64,000 nt of DNA from Pseudomonadota bacterium (GCA_021805825.1 JAJZEC010000007.1:25864-89863), one strand, 5' to 3'. Shown: positions 37,291-52,100, numbered from the stretch's first letter. Notes: a model not told the origin generated them from the sequence alone. Translations and numbers: made by a program.

Positions 37291-37417
37291 CGATTCATCG
37301 ATTGCAGTTTTGCATGTTTCTAGGCAAAATGACAAGAATCGTACGGAGTATTCGCATTTTGCGCCAACTCTCGATGCCTCTTCCCAGCTTCACCGCGGCC
37401 TGCCGGATCCTGCCCCG

Positions 37418-38914
37418 ATGAACGATTCTGCCTCCATCCCCCCTGCCCCCGCGCCGGCCACCCAGGACGCCGGCTGCCCGCACGCGCTGCTGCAGCCGGG
37501 CACCGCCTGGGATCTGGCCGCCGCCTGCGCGGTGGTCGAGCAGGCGGGGCTGGCCGACAGCCGGCGCACCGCGGAGCGCCGGCTGCACGCCTGGGGGCTT
37601 CTGCCCGAGGAACTGGGCCTGGAAGCGCTGCGCGACGAACAGGGCCGCAGCCCGCGGCTGCTGGTGGCGCGCCGCGTGTTGGAGGAAGTGCGGGCGCGCC
37701 GCCACCTGGCCTTGTTCGTGCAACTGCATGGGCTGCCGGGCGGACGGCTGTTGCTGCACGCCAACGACGGGCGCGGCGCGCGCTCGTGGGTGGCGCTGGG
37801 CCAGGCCGTGCCCGATCGCGCGGAGCTGTGCGCGGCGCTGGCGCGGCTGCAGCAACTGGCGGGCAAGCCGGTGGGGCTGTTCGCCCATGGCGAACTCGTC
37901 GGCAGGCTGCGCGGCCTGGCGCTGCCCGGGCAGCTGGAGTTCGTGGAGGAAGCCTACGCTCCGGTGCTGCCGGCGCTGGTCTGGACCGCGCCGGGGCAGC
38001 GCGCGACGCGCGCGCCGCGCAGCGCGCACCTGCAGCGGCTGGAGGACGAGAGCATCCACATCCTGCGCGAGGCGGTGGCCGAGGCCGAGAACCCGGTGAT
38101 GCTGTACTCGTTGGGCAAGGACAGCTCGGTGATGCTTCACCTGGCGCGCAAGGCCTTCCATCCCGGACTGCCGCCCTTTGCGCTGCTGCATGTCGATACA
38201 CGCTGGAAGTTCCGGGAGATGTACCTGTTCCGCGACTGGGTGGCGCGGGTCAGCGGCATGCGCCTGCTGGTGCATGTGAACCCGCAGGCCGTGGAGCGCG
38301 ACATCAACCCCTTCGACCACGGCTCGGCGCTGCACACCGACATCACCAAGACGCAGGGGCTGAAGCAGGCACTGGACGCCCACGGATTCGACGTGGTGTT
38401 CGGCGGCGCGCGACGCGACGAGGAAAAGAGCCGCGCCAAGGAGCGCATCTTTTCCTTCCGCGACGCCCACCACGGCTGGGATCCGAAGAACCAGCGGCCG
38501 GAACTGTGGAATCTCTACAACGCGCGCAGGAACCGGGGCGAGAGCATCCGGGTGTTTCCGCTGTCGAACTGGACCGAGCTCGATGTCTGGCAGTACGTGG
38601 AGCAGGAGCAGTTGGCGGTGGTTCCGCTGTACTTCGCGAAGCGGAGGCCGGTGGTACGGCACGGCGATTCGCTGCTGATGGTCGACGACGATCGCTTCCG
38701 CCTGCTCGACGGTGAGCACATCGAACTGCGCATGGTGCGCTTTCGCAGCCTGGGCTGCTACCCGCTGAGCGCGGGGGTGGAGTCGCAGGCCGCTTCGGTG
38801 CCGGAGATCATCGAGGAACTGCTGCACAGCCGGCATTCGGAACGCCAGGGGCGGGCCATCGACGCCGACGGCGCCGCCAGCATGGAGCGCAAGAAGAAAG
38901 AGGGGTATTTCTGA
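37418..38914 (+). CDS. cysD: Sulfate adenylyltransferase subunit 2 with about 200-aa N-terminal extension
   Basis: [66 protein letters not shown]. Confidence 0.92.
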   Translation: MNDSASIPPAPAPATQDAGCPHALLQPGTAWDLAAACAVVEQAGLADSRRTAERRLHAWGLLPEELGLEALRDEQGRSPRLLVARRVLEEVRARRHLALFVQLHGLPGGRLLLHANDGRGARSWVALGQAVPDRAELCAALARLQQLAGKPVGLFAHGELVGRLRGLALPGQLEFVEEAYAPVLPALVWTAPGQRATRAPRSAHLQRLEDESIHILREAVAEAENPVMLYSLGKDSSVMLHLARKAFHPGLPPFALLHVDTRWKFREMYLFRDWVARVSGMRLLVHVNPQAVERDINPFDHGSALHTDITKTQGLKQALDAHGFDVVFGGARRDEEKSRAKERIFSFRDAHHGWDPKNQRPELWNLYNARRNRGESIRVFPLSNWTELDVWQYVEQEQLAVVPLYFAKRRPVVRHGDSLLMVDDDRFRLLDGEHIELRMVRFRSLGCYPLSAGVESQAASVPEIIEELLHSRHSERQGRAIDADGAASMERKKKEGYF

Positions 38915-40848
38915 TGCAGCGGCGCATGCAGGATCGCCTTCCGGAGCGGGGGGCCGCCCCGCCGCAAGCACCGAGCGCGCAACCCCTGGCGCAGGATCTG
39001 CTGCGGCTGATCACCTGCGGCAGTGTGGACGATGGCAAGAGCACCCTGATCGGCCGCCTGCTGTGGGAGGCGCAGCAGGTGCCGGAGGATCAGCTGCAGG
39101 CCCTGCGCGCCGACAGCCGGCGCTACGGGACCCAGGGCGACGACATCGACTACGCGCTGCTGGTCGACGGCCTGGCCGCCGAGCGCGAGCAGGGCATCAC
39201 CATCGACGTGGCCTACCGCTATTTTTCCAGCGCCAGCCGGCGCTTCATCGTCGCCGACACCCCGGGGCACGAGCAGTACACCCGCAACATGGTGACCGCG
39301 GCCTCCACCGCCGACGCCGCGCTGCTGCTGGTCGACGCCCGCGCCGGACTGCAGCGGCAGACCCGCCGGCATGCCTACGTGGCCTCGCTGCTGGGCGTGC
39401 GCCATGTGCTGCTGGCGGTGAACAAGATGGATCTGGTGGACTTCCGCGAGGAGGTCTTCCGCGGCATCGAACGGGCCTTCGCGGACTTCGCCCGGGATCT
39501 GGGCTTCGCCTCGCTGACCGCGGTGCCGCTGAGCGCGTTGCGCGGGGACAACCTCAGCCAGCGCTCGGCGCACACGCCCTGGTACCAGGGGCCGACGCTG
39601 CGCGGCTGGCTCGACGGCGTGCCGGCGCGCGCGCCGGCGGCCGCGGAGGAGCCGGCGGCCTTCCCGGTGCAGTGGGTGAACCGGCCGGATGCGGGCTTTC
39701 GGGGCCTGAGCGGCAGCGTGGCGCGCGGGGTGCTGCGCGTGGGCGATGAACTGCGGGTGACGGCCTCGGGCGAACGGGCCCGGGTGGCGGAAATCCTCGG
39801 CTTCGACGGCGCGCTGCCGCAGGCCGAGGCCGGGCGGGCGGTGACCCTGCGGCTGGATCGGGAGATCGACGCCTCGCGCGGCGACATGCTGAGCCACGCC
39901 GCCGACCCGCTGCAGGGTGCCGACCAGTTCGAGGCGGTGCTGGTATGGATGCATGCGGACGCCGGGCTGGTCGGCCGCAGCTACGAGATCAAGCTGGCGA
40001 CGCAGACGGCCGCCGCCTCGATCACCAGCATCGGCCACCGGGTGAACGTGGATACGCTGGCGCCCGAGCCCACGCACCAGCTCGGCATGAACGACATCGC
40101 TGTGTGCAAGCTGGCGGCGACGCGGGCGCTGGCCTTCACGCCCTATGCGCAGTCGCGCGAACTCGGGGCCTTCATCCTGATCGACCGCTTCAGCCATGCG
40201 ACGGTGGCCGCGGGCATGATCCGCCACGCACTGCGCCGAGCCACCAACGTGCACCGCCAGGCCCTGAGCATCACCCCGGCGCAGCGCGAGCGCATGAACG
40301 GCCATGCGGCGCAGGTGCTGTGGTTCACCGGCCTGTCGGGAGCGGGCAAGTCGACCCTGGCCAACGCGCTGGAGGTGGCGCTGCATGCGCGCGGCATGCG
40401 CACCTACCTGCTCGACGGCGACAACCTGCGCCACGGCCTGAACCGCGACCTGGGATTCACCGAGGCCGACCGCGTGGAGAACATCCGCCGCGTGGCCGAA
40501 GTGGCGCGCCTGATGGCCGACGCCGGGCTGGTGGTGCTGAGCGCCTTCATCTCGCCCTATGCCCGCGATCGCGCGATGGCGCGCGAGATCATCGGCGCCG
40601 AGCGTTTCGTCGAGGTGTATGTGGACACCCCGCTGGAGGTCTGCGAGGCGCGCGACGTGAAGGGCCTGTACCGCAAGGCGCGCAGCGGCCTGATTCCCAA
40701 CATGACCGGGGTGCAGAGCCCCTACGAAGCCCCGGAGCAGCCGGATCTGCGCATCAGCGGCAGCCAGGGCTCGCCGCAGGCCGCGGTGCAGCAGCTGCTG
40801 CAGGCCTTGTGCGAGCGCGGTGCGCTGCCGGCGGGCGACAGCCATTGA
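38914..40848 (+). CDS. cysNC: Bifunctional sulfate adenylyltransferase subunit 1 / APS kinase (CysN/CysC, NodQ-like)
   Basis: [36 protein letters not shown]; C-terminal [32 protein letters not shown] coupling to cysD. Confidence 0.95.
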   Translation: MQRRMQDRLPERGAAPPQAPSAQPLAQDLLRLITCGSVDDGKSTLIGRLLWEAQQVPEDQLQALRADSRRYGTQGDDIDYALLVDGLAAEREQGITIDVAYRYFSSASRRFIVADTPGHEQYTRNMVTAASTADAALLLVDARAGLQRQTRRHAYVASLLGVRHVLLAVNKMDLVDFREEVFRGIERAFADFARDLGFASLTAVPLSALRGDNLSQRSAHTPWYQGPTLRGWLDGVPARAPAAAEEPAAFPVQWVNRPDAGFRGLSGSVARGVLRVGDELRVTASGERARVAEILGFDGALPQAEAGRAVTLRLDREIDASRGDMLSHAADPLQGADQFEAVLVWMHADAGLVGRSYEIKLATQTAAASITSIGHRVNVDTLAPEPTHQLGMNDIAVCKLAATRALAFTPYAQSRELGAFILIDRFSHATVAAGMIRHALRRATNVHRQALSITPAQRERMNGHAAQVLWFTGLSGAGKSTLANALEVALHARGMRTYLLDGDNLRHGLNRDLGFTEADRVENIRRVAEVARLMADAGLVVLSAFISPYARDRAMAREIIGAERFVEVYVDTPLEVCEARDVKGLYRKARSGLIPNMTGVQSPYEAPEQPDLRISGSQGSPQAAVQQLLQALCERGALPAGDSH

Positions 40849-40930
40849 GCAGCCGGCGCGGACGGCAGGGCAGCGCGCGCGACGCAGGCCGGATATGCTG
40901 GAGCCTTCTCCAGGCATCGAGTCCCCCTTG

Positions 40931-41452
40931 ATGAAAGCCCGCAGCCGCAGCTCCTGCGTCAGGTTCTTCGCCGGCACGACGCTCGCCCTCTGCGCCGGCA
41001 TCGCGAATGCCTGGGCGGCGCTGGGACTGCCTGCCGCCAGCATCGCCCAGGATGGCGTGGTGCTGCAAAGCCCGCAGGCGCGCGCCTTCGCGGCGCAGGT
41101 GCAGACGGCCAACGGCGCGGGAACGGGCTCGGGCTATTCGACGCAGTTCGTGCAGGACGGTTCGATCGCGGTGGCGGAGTACGTCAATGCGGCCACCGAC
41201 CAGGTGTTCGCGGTGCGCTGGAGCGGGCCTTCGATGCCCGACCTGCAGCAACTGCTGAACTCCACCAACTTCCTGGCCCTGCGCCAGGCGCAGCTCGCCA
41301 GCCGGCAGGCCCGGCCGGTCGGCGGGGCGGTGGACATCACCCTCGCCGACCTGGTGTACCGCGCCTATGGGCATATGGGGGATTTCCGCGGCTATGCCTA
41401 CCAGCCGTCCGGGGCACCGCAGGGATTCGACCCCGCGGTGCTCGCCCGCTGA
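40931..41452 (+). CDS. DUF2844-like secreted protein
   Basis: Signal ending ANAWAALG; VAEYVN...VFAVRWSGPSMPDLQQLL, GHMGDFRGYAY; directly upstream of a DUF3443-like gene, as in the Burkholderia pair. Confidence 0.7.
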   Translation: MKARSRSSCVRFFAGTTLALCAGIANAWAALGLPAASIAQDGVVLQSPQARAFAAQVQTANGAGTGSGYSTQFVQDGSIAVAEYVNAATDQVFAVRWSGPSMPDLQQLLNSTNFLALRQAQLASRQARPVGGAVDITLADLVYRAYGHMGDFRGYAYQPSGAPQGFDPAVLAR

Positions 41453-41468
41453 CCCCGCCACACCGCCG

Positions 41469-42836
41469 ATGAAGGCCGCATCCAGGATCCTGCTCGCCAC
41501 GGCGCTGTGCGTCGCGCTGCCGCTGGGGCTGGCGGCCTGCGGGGGTGGTGGCGGGGGCGGCTCGACCACCTCCTCGACGGCGACGGCCGGCACCTCGCCG
41601 GCCGGTGTATCCACCGCGGGCGGTGCCGGCGCTTCGTCCTCGGGCGCTTCGTCGACCGGCGCCTCATCGACCGGCGCTTCGTCGACGGGGACTTCGTCGA
41701 CGGGCAGTTCCTCCAGCGGCAGTTCCTCCACCGGCAGCGGCGGCTCGTCGTCCACCTCGCCGCCGGCGGTGACGGCGGCCAACCAGGTGGCGCTGCTGGT
41801 GGAACAGAATCCCGACGTCAGCAGTTTCGTCACGGCCAACATGCCCTATGTCACGCTGAGCGTCTGTGATGCCGCTGGACACTGCGACCAGGTCGACCAT
41901 GTGCTGTTGGACACCGGATCGACCGGCCTGCGCATCTTCGCCGCCGACCTGCCGGGGCTGTCGCTGCCGACGGTGTCGACGACCGCAGGCGCCCCGGCCG
42001 GCGAATGCGCCAGCTTCCTCTCCGGATACATGTGGGGCCCCGTTCGGCAGGCCACCGTCGAGATCGGGGGCGAGACCGCGCAGGTGCCGATCCAGGTGGT
42101 GGCCGACGGCAGCTTCGCGCCCGTGCCGAAGTCCTGCTCCTCGACCAACCTGCAGGGCTACACGAGCGAGAACGGCACGGGCGGGCTGGGCGCCAAGGGA
42201 ATCCTCGGGGTCGATGTGTTCCCCACCGACGGCCAGAGCTACTACGGGTGCAACGGGAGCAGTTGCACCTCGGGCTTCGTCAGCCAGCAGGTCGCCAACG
42301 TGGTCGACGGCTTCGCCGCCGACAACAACGGGATCATCATCACCATGCCCAGCGTGTCAGCGTCGGGCCAGGCCAGCGCGCAGGGCACGCTCACCTTCGG
42401 CGTCGATACCCGATCCGACAACCAGCAGGCAGGCTACTCCCTGCTGCAGGAGGACATCAGCGGCTCGATCGACGTCACGATGAACGGCTCGAGCTACCAG
42501 CGCAGCGTGGTGGACAGCGGATCGAACTTCTACTTCCTCAACATGCCCTCGGGAACGCCCACCAGCGGCGGCTTCCTCGATCCCGCGCAGGCCACCACCT
42601 ACCCGACGGTGCTGTCGTCGAACGTCGTGGCGACGCAGAGCCTTTCCACGTCGATCGAGATCGATCCCTACCGCAATGTGTCCGGCGATGCCGTGGATCC
42701 GAACACGGGCGTGCCCTTCAACAGCCCGGGCGAGCAGATTCTCGGCATGCCGTACTTCTACGGCCGCAGCATCGCCTGGACCTACATGGGCAAGCAAAGC
42801 CTCGAAGGCAGCGGGCCGCTGATCGCCTTCCACTGA
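41469..42836 (+). CDS. DUF3443-like lipoprotein with pepsin-like aspartic-protease motifs
   Basis: LAAC lipobox, Gly/Ser/Thr linker, NMPYVTLSVC, LLDTGSTGLR, GILGV, VVDSGSN, ILGMPYFYGR. Confidence 0.75.
   Translation: MKAASRILLATALCVALPLGLAACGGGGGGGSTTSSTATAGTSPAGVSTAGGAGASSSGASSTGASSTGASSTGTSSTGSSSSGSSSTGSGGSSSTSPPAVTAANQVALLVEQNPDVSSFVTANMPYVTLSVCDAAGHCDQVDHVLLDTGSTGLRIFAADLPGLSLPTVSTTAGAPAGECASFLSGYMWGPVRQATVEIGGETAQVPIQVVADGSFAPVPKSCSSTNLQGYTSENGTGGLGAKGILGVDVFPTDGQSYYGCNGSSCTSGFVSQQVANVVDGFAADNNGIIITMPSVSASGQASAQGTLTFGVDTRSDNQQAGYSLLQEDISGSIDVTMNGSSYQRSVVDSGSNFYFLNMPSGTPTSGGFLDPAQATTYPTVLSSNVVATQSLSTSIEIDPYRNVSGDAVDPNTGVPFNSPGEQILGMPYFYGRSIAWTYMGKQSLEGSGPLIAFH
41628..41732 (+). repeat. 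Seven imperfect 15-bp tandem repeats encoding G(A/T/S)SS(T/S)
   Basis: Units such as GGCGCTTCGTCGACC read directly; translate GASSS GASST GASST GASST GTSST GSSSS GSSST. Confidence 0.85.
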
Positions 42837-42859
42837 GCGGCGTGCGCGGGCGACGCCGC
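42837..42859. terminator. GC-rich hairpin between convergent genes (possible terminator)
   Basis: GCGGCGT...ACGCCGC inverted repeat; no clear U-tract. Confidence 0.3.
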
Positions 42860-42865
42860 CGCGAC

Positions 42866-43252
42866 TCAGGGCAGCCGCAGGTACAGCACCTGTGTGCTTC
42901 GGCTGTCGGAGGAACGCGATCCGGGGCGGGCCTTGGTGACCAGGCAGGGGACGACCCTGCCGTTGCTGGACAGGTAGAAGCGATCGCCGGCGCGGAACAG
43001 ATCGTCCTGCACCACGGCGACCAGGCCGTTCGCGGAGCGGAACACCTCGGCATCCATCGCGTACCGGCCGTCGCGGTCGTGCACGGCCTTGCACTGCATG
43101 GCGGTGGCCGATCCGCGCTTGTCCGCCCCCCGGGAGCGGGATTCGCCCAGCAGGATGCCCAGCACGCGGCCATCGATGCCGTCCCGAACCGCTTGCTCCG
43201 GCTCGACCCACGCCATCCTGTTCGCCCGGTAGTCCAATGCCTGTGCGTACAT
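42866..43252 (-). CDS. Hypothetical protein, paralog A
   Basis: 128 aa, AGGA RBS; shares DAxVFRS..GLV.VVQDDLFR..DRFYL and terminal VLYLxLP with 48616-48996. Confidence 0.75.
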   Translation of the reverse strand: MYAQALDYRANRMAWVEPEQAVRDGIDGRVLGILLGESRSRGADKRGSATAMQCKAVHDRDGRYAMDAEVFRSANGLVAVVQDDLFRAGDRFYLSSNGRVVPCLVTKARPGSRSSDSRSTQVLYLRLP

Positions 43253-43431
43253 GTCCTGTCCCTGCTGAGCGCGTGCGCCGGACGGCGCCTTGCATTCCAA
43301 AGCCGCCAGTCTCGGCCTTCCGCGGCGGTCGGGCCATCCCCATGCGGGGAGGATCGGGATCTTTCCTTCGATCGGCGCGGATTCCCCGGGTGCCGCCCCC
43401 TTCCGGATGGGGGTGCCGCGGACGTGGCCGG

Positions 43432-43445
43432 GGCACTAGGCTTGC
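43432..43445 (+). promoter_or_regulatory. Candidate sigma-54 (-24/-12) promoter upstream of the hybrid kinase
   Basis: GGCAC-TAGGC-TTGC with exact GG-N10-GC spacing in the 43253-43654 intergenic region. Confidence 0.45.
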
Positions 43446-43654
43446 GCACCACGCGCGCCCCCGGTGCACAACACCGCGGCGCCGGAACCTGATCGGGCGC
43501 TTGCGCGTGCCTACAATCGGATGCAACAGTTTCCCTCAGGCGCATCCGGAAAGCGCGAAGCGCACATTCGCCCCGGAGGATGCATCTCGGCAAGGGCCGG
43601 GGCGCGTCCGGGAAAGCCTGCGGGAACCCAGGATCTCGCCAAGGGAACCCTTCG

Positions 43655-47400
<3,746 letters not shown>

Positions 47401-47404
<4 letters not shown>

Positions 47405-48576
47405 TGCATTGGGACGACGAACGGCGGCTGCCGGTGGTGCTGGCGGTCGATGACACCCCGGAGAACCTGACGGTGATCGGCGCCATGCTGGAAGGCGTGG
47501 CGCAGGTGAAGGTGGCCAACAGCGGGGAGAAGGCGCTGCGCGTGGCCGAGGCCGCCGCGCCCGACCTGGTGCTGCTCGACGTGATGATGCCGGTGATGGA
47601 CGGCTACGCGGTGTGCCGCGAGCTGAAGGCGCGCGCGCGCACGCGCGACGTGCCGGTGATCTTCCTGACCGCCCGCTCCTCGGTGGAGGACGAGCGCCAC
47701 GGGCTCGAGCTCGGCGCGGTCGACTACATCACCAAGCCGATCAGCCCGCCGATCCTGCTGGCCCGCGTCCACACCCACCTGGCGATGAAGCGCGCATCGG
47801 ATTTCCTGCGCGACAACAACGCCTTCCTGACGCAGGAGGTCGAGCGCCGCATCGCGGAAAACCTGGCGATCCAGAACGCCACCATCCAGGTCGTGACCTC
47901 GCTGGCCGAAACCCGCGACCCCGAGACCGGGAACCATATCCGGGGCACCCAGCACTATGTGCGCGCGCTGGCCACCCAACTGGCCCGCGATCCGCGCCAT
48001 GCGCAGCAGCTGGGATCCGAATGCATCGATACGCTGTATCGATCGGCACCGCTGCACGACATCGGCAAGGTCGGGATTCCCGACCAGATCCTGCTCAAGC
48101 CCGGCCGGCTGACCCCCGAGGAATTCGGCATCATGAAGCAGCATGCGCGCCTGGGCGTGGAGGCCATCGAACGCGCCGAGCAGCAGCTGGGCATGCAGGT
48201 GGATTTCCTGCGCACGGCCAAGCAGATCGCCGGCGGGCACCACGAAAAATGGGACGGCACGGGCTATCCCGAAGGCCTGCGCGGCGAGGACATCCCGCTG
48301 GCGGCGCGCCTGATGGGGGTGGCCGATGTCTACGATGCGCTGATCAGCCGCCGGGTCTACAAGGATTCGATGCCCCACGCGGCGGCGATGGCCATCATGC
48401 GCCGCGGGCGCGGCAGCCATTTCGATCCCGAGGTGCTCGATGCCTTCCTGGCCATCGAGCCGGAGATCCAGGCGATCGCCGCGCGCTATGCGGACACCGA
48501 CGAGGAACTCGAACGCAAGCAGTTCGCGCAGCGCTTCGTGGTCGGCGCCGCGAACGCCCGGCAGGACAGGGCCTGA
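47401..48576 (+). CDS. Response regulator with HD-GYP phosphodiesterase domain (RpfG-like)
   Basis: REC LLDVMMP; ETGNH, LHDIGK, HHEKWDGTGYP, ADVYDAL.SRRVYK. ATGA overlap with the kinase. Confidence 0.94.
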
Positions 48577-48615
48577 GCGCCGAGCGCGTGCGCCGGCGGG
48601 CGGTGCCGCCGCGGC

Positions 48616-48996
48616 TCAGGGCAGGCTCAGGTACAGCACCCTTGTCTGCGGTTGATCGGAGGCACGCGTGGCGGGGCGGATCTCGCGGATGGTGAAGGTG
48701 GTGGTCTTGCCGTTGATCACCAGGTAGAAGCGATCTTCGCAGCGGAACAGATCATCCTGCACCACGACGACCAGGCCGCGCTCGGAGCGGAACACCTGGG
48801 CATCGATCTCGTGCCGGCCCTCGCGGTCGTACACCGCCTGGAAGGACAGGGGCCTGGCCGCGCCGCGGTTCTCGACGCCCATCGCGCCCGCCGCCCCGAG
48901 CAAGGCTCCGAGCACCTTGCGATCGACGCTGACCTGCACCACTTCCTCGCTCTCGATCCAGGCCGCCTTGCGCCCGGGGAATGCCTGCATGTCCAT
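48616..48996 (-). CDS. Hypothetical protein, paralog B
   Basis: 126 aa; conserved block shared with 42866-43252 (52/58 nt identical at 48721-48778 vs 42971-43028). Confidence 0.75.
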   Translation of the reverse strand: MDMQAFPGRKAAWIESEEVVQVSVDRKVLGALLGAAGAMGVENRGAARPLSFQAVYDREGRHEIDAQVFRSERGLVVVVQDDLFRCEDRFYLVINGKTTTFTIREIRPATRASDQPQTRVLYLSLP

Positions 48997-49133
48997 GGCC
49001 TTTCTCCCGCTTCGCCGGCGCGCTCCCGCATCGACCGGTCTCCTGGCTCGAAGCATCGGCGCTGCGCGGGGCGCGGCCAATCCCCAGACGGGGAGTCGCG
49101 TGACGCCGGCGCGGCGACGGGCACCGCGGTGGC

Positions 49134-52100
49134 TCAGGCGGCCGCCACCGCAGGCCGCGCATACGCCTGGCTGACCCGCTTCGCCAGCCAGTGCATCAGC
49201 GCCTGCGAGGCCGCGTCGCGCACATACCCGTCGTGCCCGCCATGAACCTGGGCGTGCCAGTGCAGCACCTCGGGGTCGTCGACGCCCTGCTTGCGCAGGA
49301 ACGCGGTGAGCGCGCAGTGCTCGACCGGCCCCGGCGCCGCGGCCCGCTGCGGGTCACGGGTGACAGCCCAATGCAGCGCCAGTGCGCCGGGCCAGGTGCG
49401 CAGCGCGGCGGCCGTGGGCCCGGCGGTGCCACGAGCGCGCATCCAGCCGAGGAAGTCGGCCGCCGGCATCGGTCGCGCGATGCCGTAGCCCTGGCCGAAC
49501 TCGGCGCCCAGCAGCCGCGCGACCTCGATGAACCCTTCCTCCTCCAGGCCCTCGACCACCGCGCGTTCGGCGAATTCCCTGCCGATGCGCTCCAGCGAGG
49601 CCAGCAGCCGCAGGGTGCGCATGGGGTCGCGCGGCAGGTTGGCGAGCAGGGACTGATCGATCTTGACCGTATCGAAGGGCAGTGAGGCCAGGCGCGTCAA
49701 GCTGCCGTAGCCCGCGCCGAGATCGTCCAGCGCCAGGCGCACTCCCAGAGCGTCGAGCGCATGGATGGTCTGGTCGCAGCGCGAGACGTCGATCTGCTGG
49801 GTTTCCAGGATCTCCAGCGTCAGATGCTCGGGAGCGACCCGCGCCTGGCGCAGCGCCTGCTCGACCCAGGAAGCGCAATCGGGGTGCGCCAGGCTGACCG
49901 GCGGCAGGTTGATGGAGATTTCGACGTCCAGGCCCGCGTCGCGCCAGCCGTGCAGGCTTTCGAGCGCCTGCTCGAGCCCCTGCCGGAACAGCGCGTGGAG
50001 TTCCTGCGTGCCGAAGGCGGGCAGGAAGCGTCCCGGAGGAATCCAGGCTCCGTCGGCACCCTGCAGCCTGGCCAGGGCCTCGGCCTTCACCACCGCGCCG
50101 GTCTGCAGGTGGGCGATGGGCTGCACCCACATGCTCAAGCCACCGCCATACAGGAGTTGCCGGTACGCCCGCACCTCGGCCGGGGGCAGCGGCCGCTGGC
50201 CGCCGGAGGTGGCCGCGAACTGCGCCTGGATGCGCCCGTGCAGCAGATCCAGCCACGACCGCGCCCAGTGCGATGCGAACTGGTTCGGATAGGCCCCGCA
50301 CAGGATGAGCACGCTGTCGGCGTGTTCGCCATCGGCGATGGGCAGCGCCGCGGCGCTGCGCCAGCCCGAGGCCTGGGCCAGTGCGCGCCAGGGCTGCAGC
50401 CGGGGATCGAGCAGGAAGGAATCGACCACCTGCAATTCCCGCGTGAACCAGGCCATCGACAACGGCCCGCGCTCGCGCCCCAGGATCGGGTTCAGGTTGG
50501 GCAGGCTGTGGGCCTGCTCCAGCCGCTCGGCCACGCGATCGAACCCGGCCCCGGCTCCGCTTTCGATGTGCAGCACGCCATGCTCGTCGGGGCGGAACAC
50601 CGCGACATGGCGCACCCCCGGCAGCGCGGCCAGGGCCTCGAGCATCGCCGGCAGCACGTCGACCCAGCGCGCATCGGCAGCCACCGGCTCGCTCAGCACC
50701 GCGGCGTAGGTGTCGGCGACCTCGTCCATCGCCGCGAGCTGGGTCTGGATCTCCAGGCGCAGCCGGGCCGTCGCGATGCGCAGCATGCGGTAGCGCACCC
50801 GCGGCGCGATGGGCGTGCTTTCCAGCTGCCTGCGCAGCAGATCCTCGTACAACCCGAAGCTGCGCTCCATGCTCGCCCCGGCCAGCCCGACCAGCGCGTG
50901 GATGCGGCCGATCTCGCGCGCCCGGCCCTCCAGCGCCTCGCGGGTGTTGCCGGGCTGGAACAGGCTCAGCAGGTGCGCGGCCTGCCGGATCTTCAGGCGA
51001 TCGAGCTCGGGCGCGCTCAGGGTACGCAGCACCGGGGCCATGCTCTCGTCGTGCGCGAGCTCGTCGTAGAAGGCGCTGCTGAAGGCGGTCGCCACGGCCT
51101 CGAAGATGCGGGTATCGATGGACTGCAGCAGCAGCGAGGAAGCGGCGCCGAAGACGTCGAGTTGCTCCTCCGGAACCGCAAGTTCGGGCAGTTCGGACGA
51201 CTGCGCTCCGATGCGCCACCAGGAGCCGCGCTCGGCCTTGCGCGCCTTGCCGGCGTACATCGCGCCATCGGCCTGGCGCAGCAGTGCGTCGCCGTCGCCG
51301 GCATCGCGCGGGTACAGCGCCAGGCCCATGGTCATGCCTACATGCGCCAGGCGACCCTCGCCGAGGTCGAAGGGCTGCTCGACCGCGGCATGCAGGCGAT
51401 CCAGCGCGATGCGGATCTGGCTCAGTGCGTCGGCCTCGCCCAGCGCTTCCAGCACGACGACGAACTCGTCTCCACCGGCGCGCGCCAGGAAGTCGCTCTG
51501 CCGCAGGCGCGCGCGCAAGCGGGTGGCGAACTCGCCCAGCAGCACATCGCCCGCGGCATGCCCGAAGCTGTCATTGACCGGCTTGAAATCGTCGAGGTCG
51601 AGCAGGCCGACCGCCAGGGCCTCCTGTCGCCGCTGCGCACGCGCCAGCGCCCCCGGCAGGTATTCGTCGAGCGCCAGCCGGTTGGGAAGGCCGGTCAGCG
51701 GATCGGTGCGCGCCAGCCTGTGCTCCGATTCCTGCTGCACGCGCAGGCGGCGGGCGGCGGCGATGCGCTCCAGCGTGAGGCCTGCGTCGTGCGCCAACCC
51801 CAGCAGCAGGTGCCGCAACTCGGGCTCGAAGGCCACGTCGTCGCCACGATACAGCAGCAGCAAGGCCCATGCGCTGCCTTCGCGCCGGATCGGCAGCAGG
51901 CTGACGGCGCGCAAGCCGACGCCGGCCGCGGCGGTCGCCCAGGGCGCGTCTTCGGTGTCGTGCAGGCCGAGGTTGAACAATGCTCGGCCCTCCAGCCACG
52001 CGCGGCCGGCGCCGGTGGGCTGCTGCGAGGATGCGACGCGCAGCGGCAGCGCAGCCGGATCGAGCGGCGCAAGCCTTCCGGCTGCCGCCGCCACCATCAA

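Noticed and set aside
41628-41732. CRISPR-like array
   Set aside because: Repeats are adjacent with no spacers, in frame within a CDS, and there are no cas genes.
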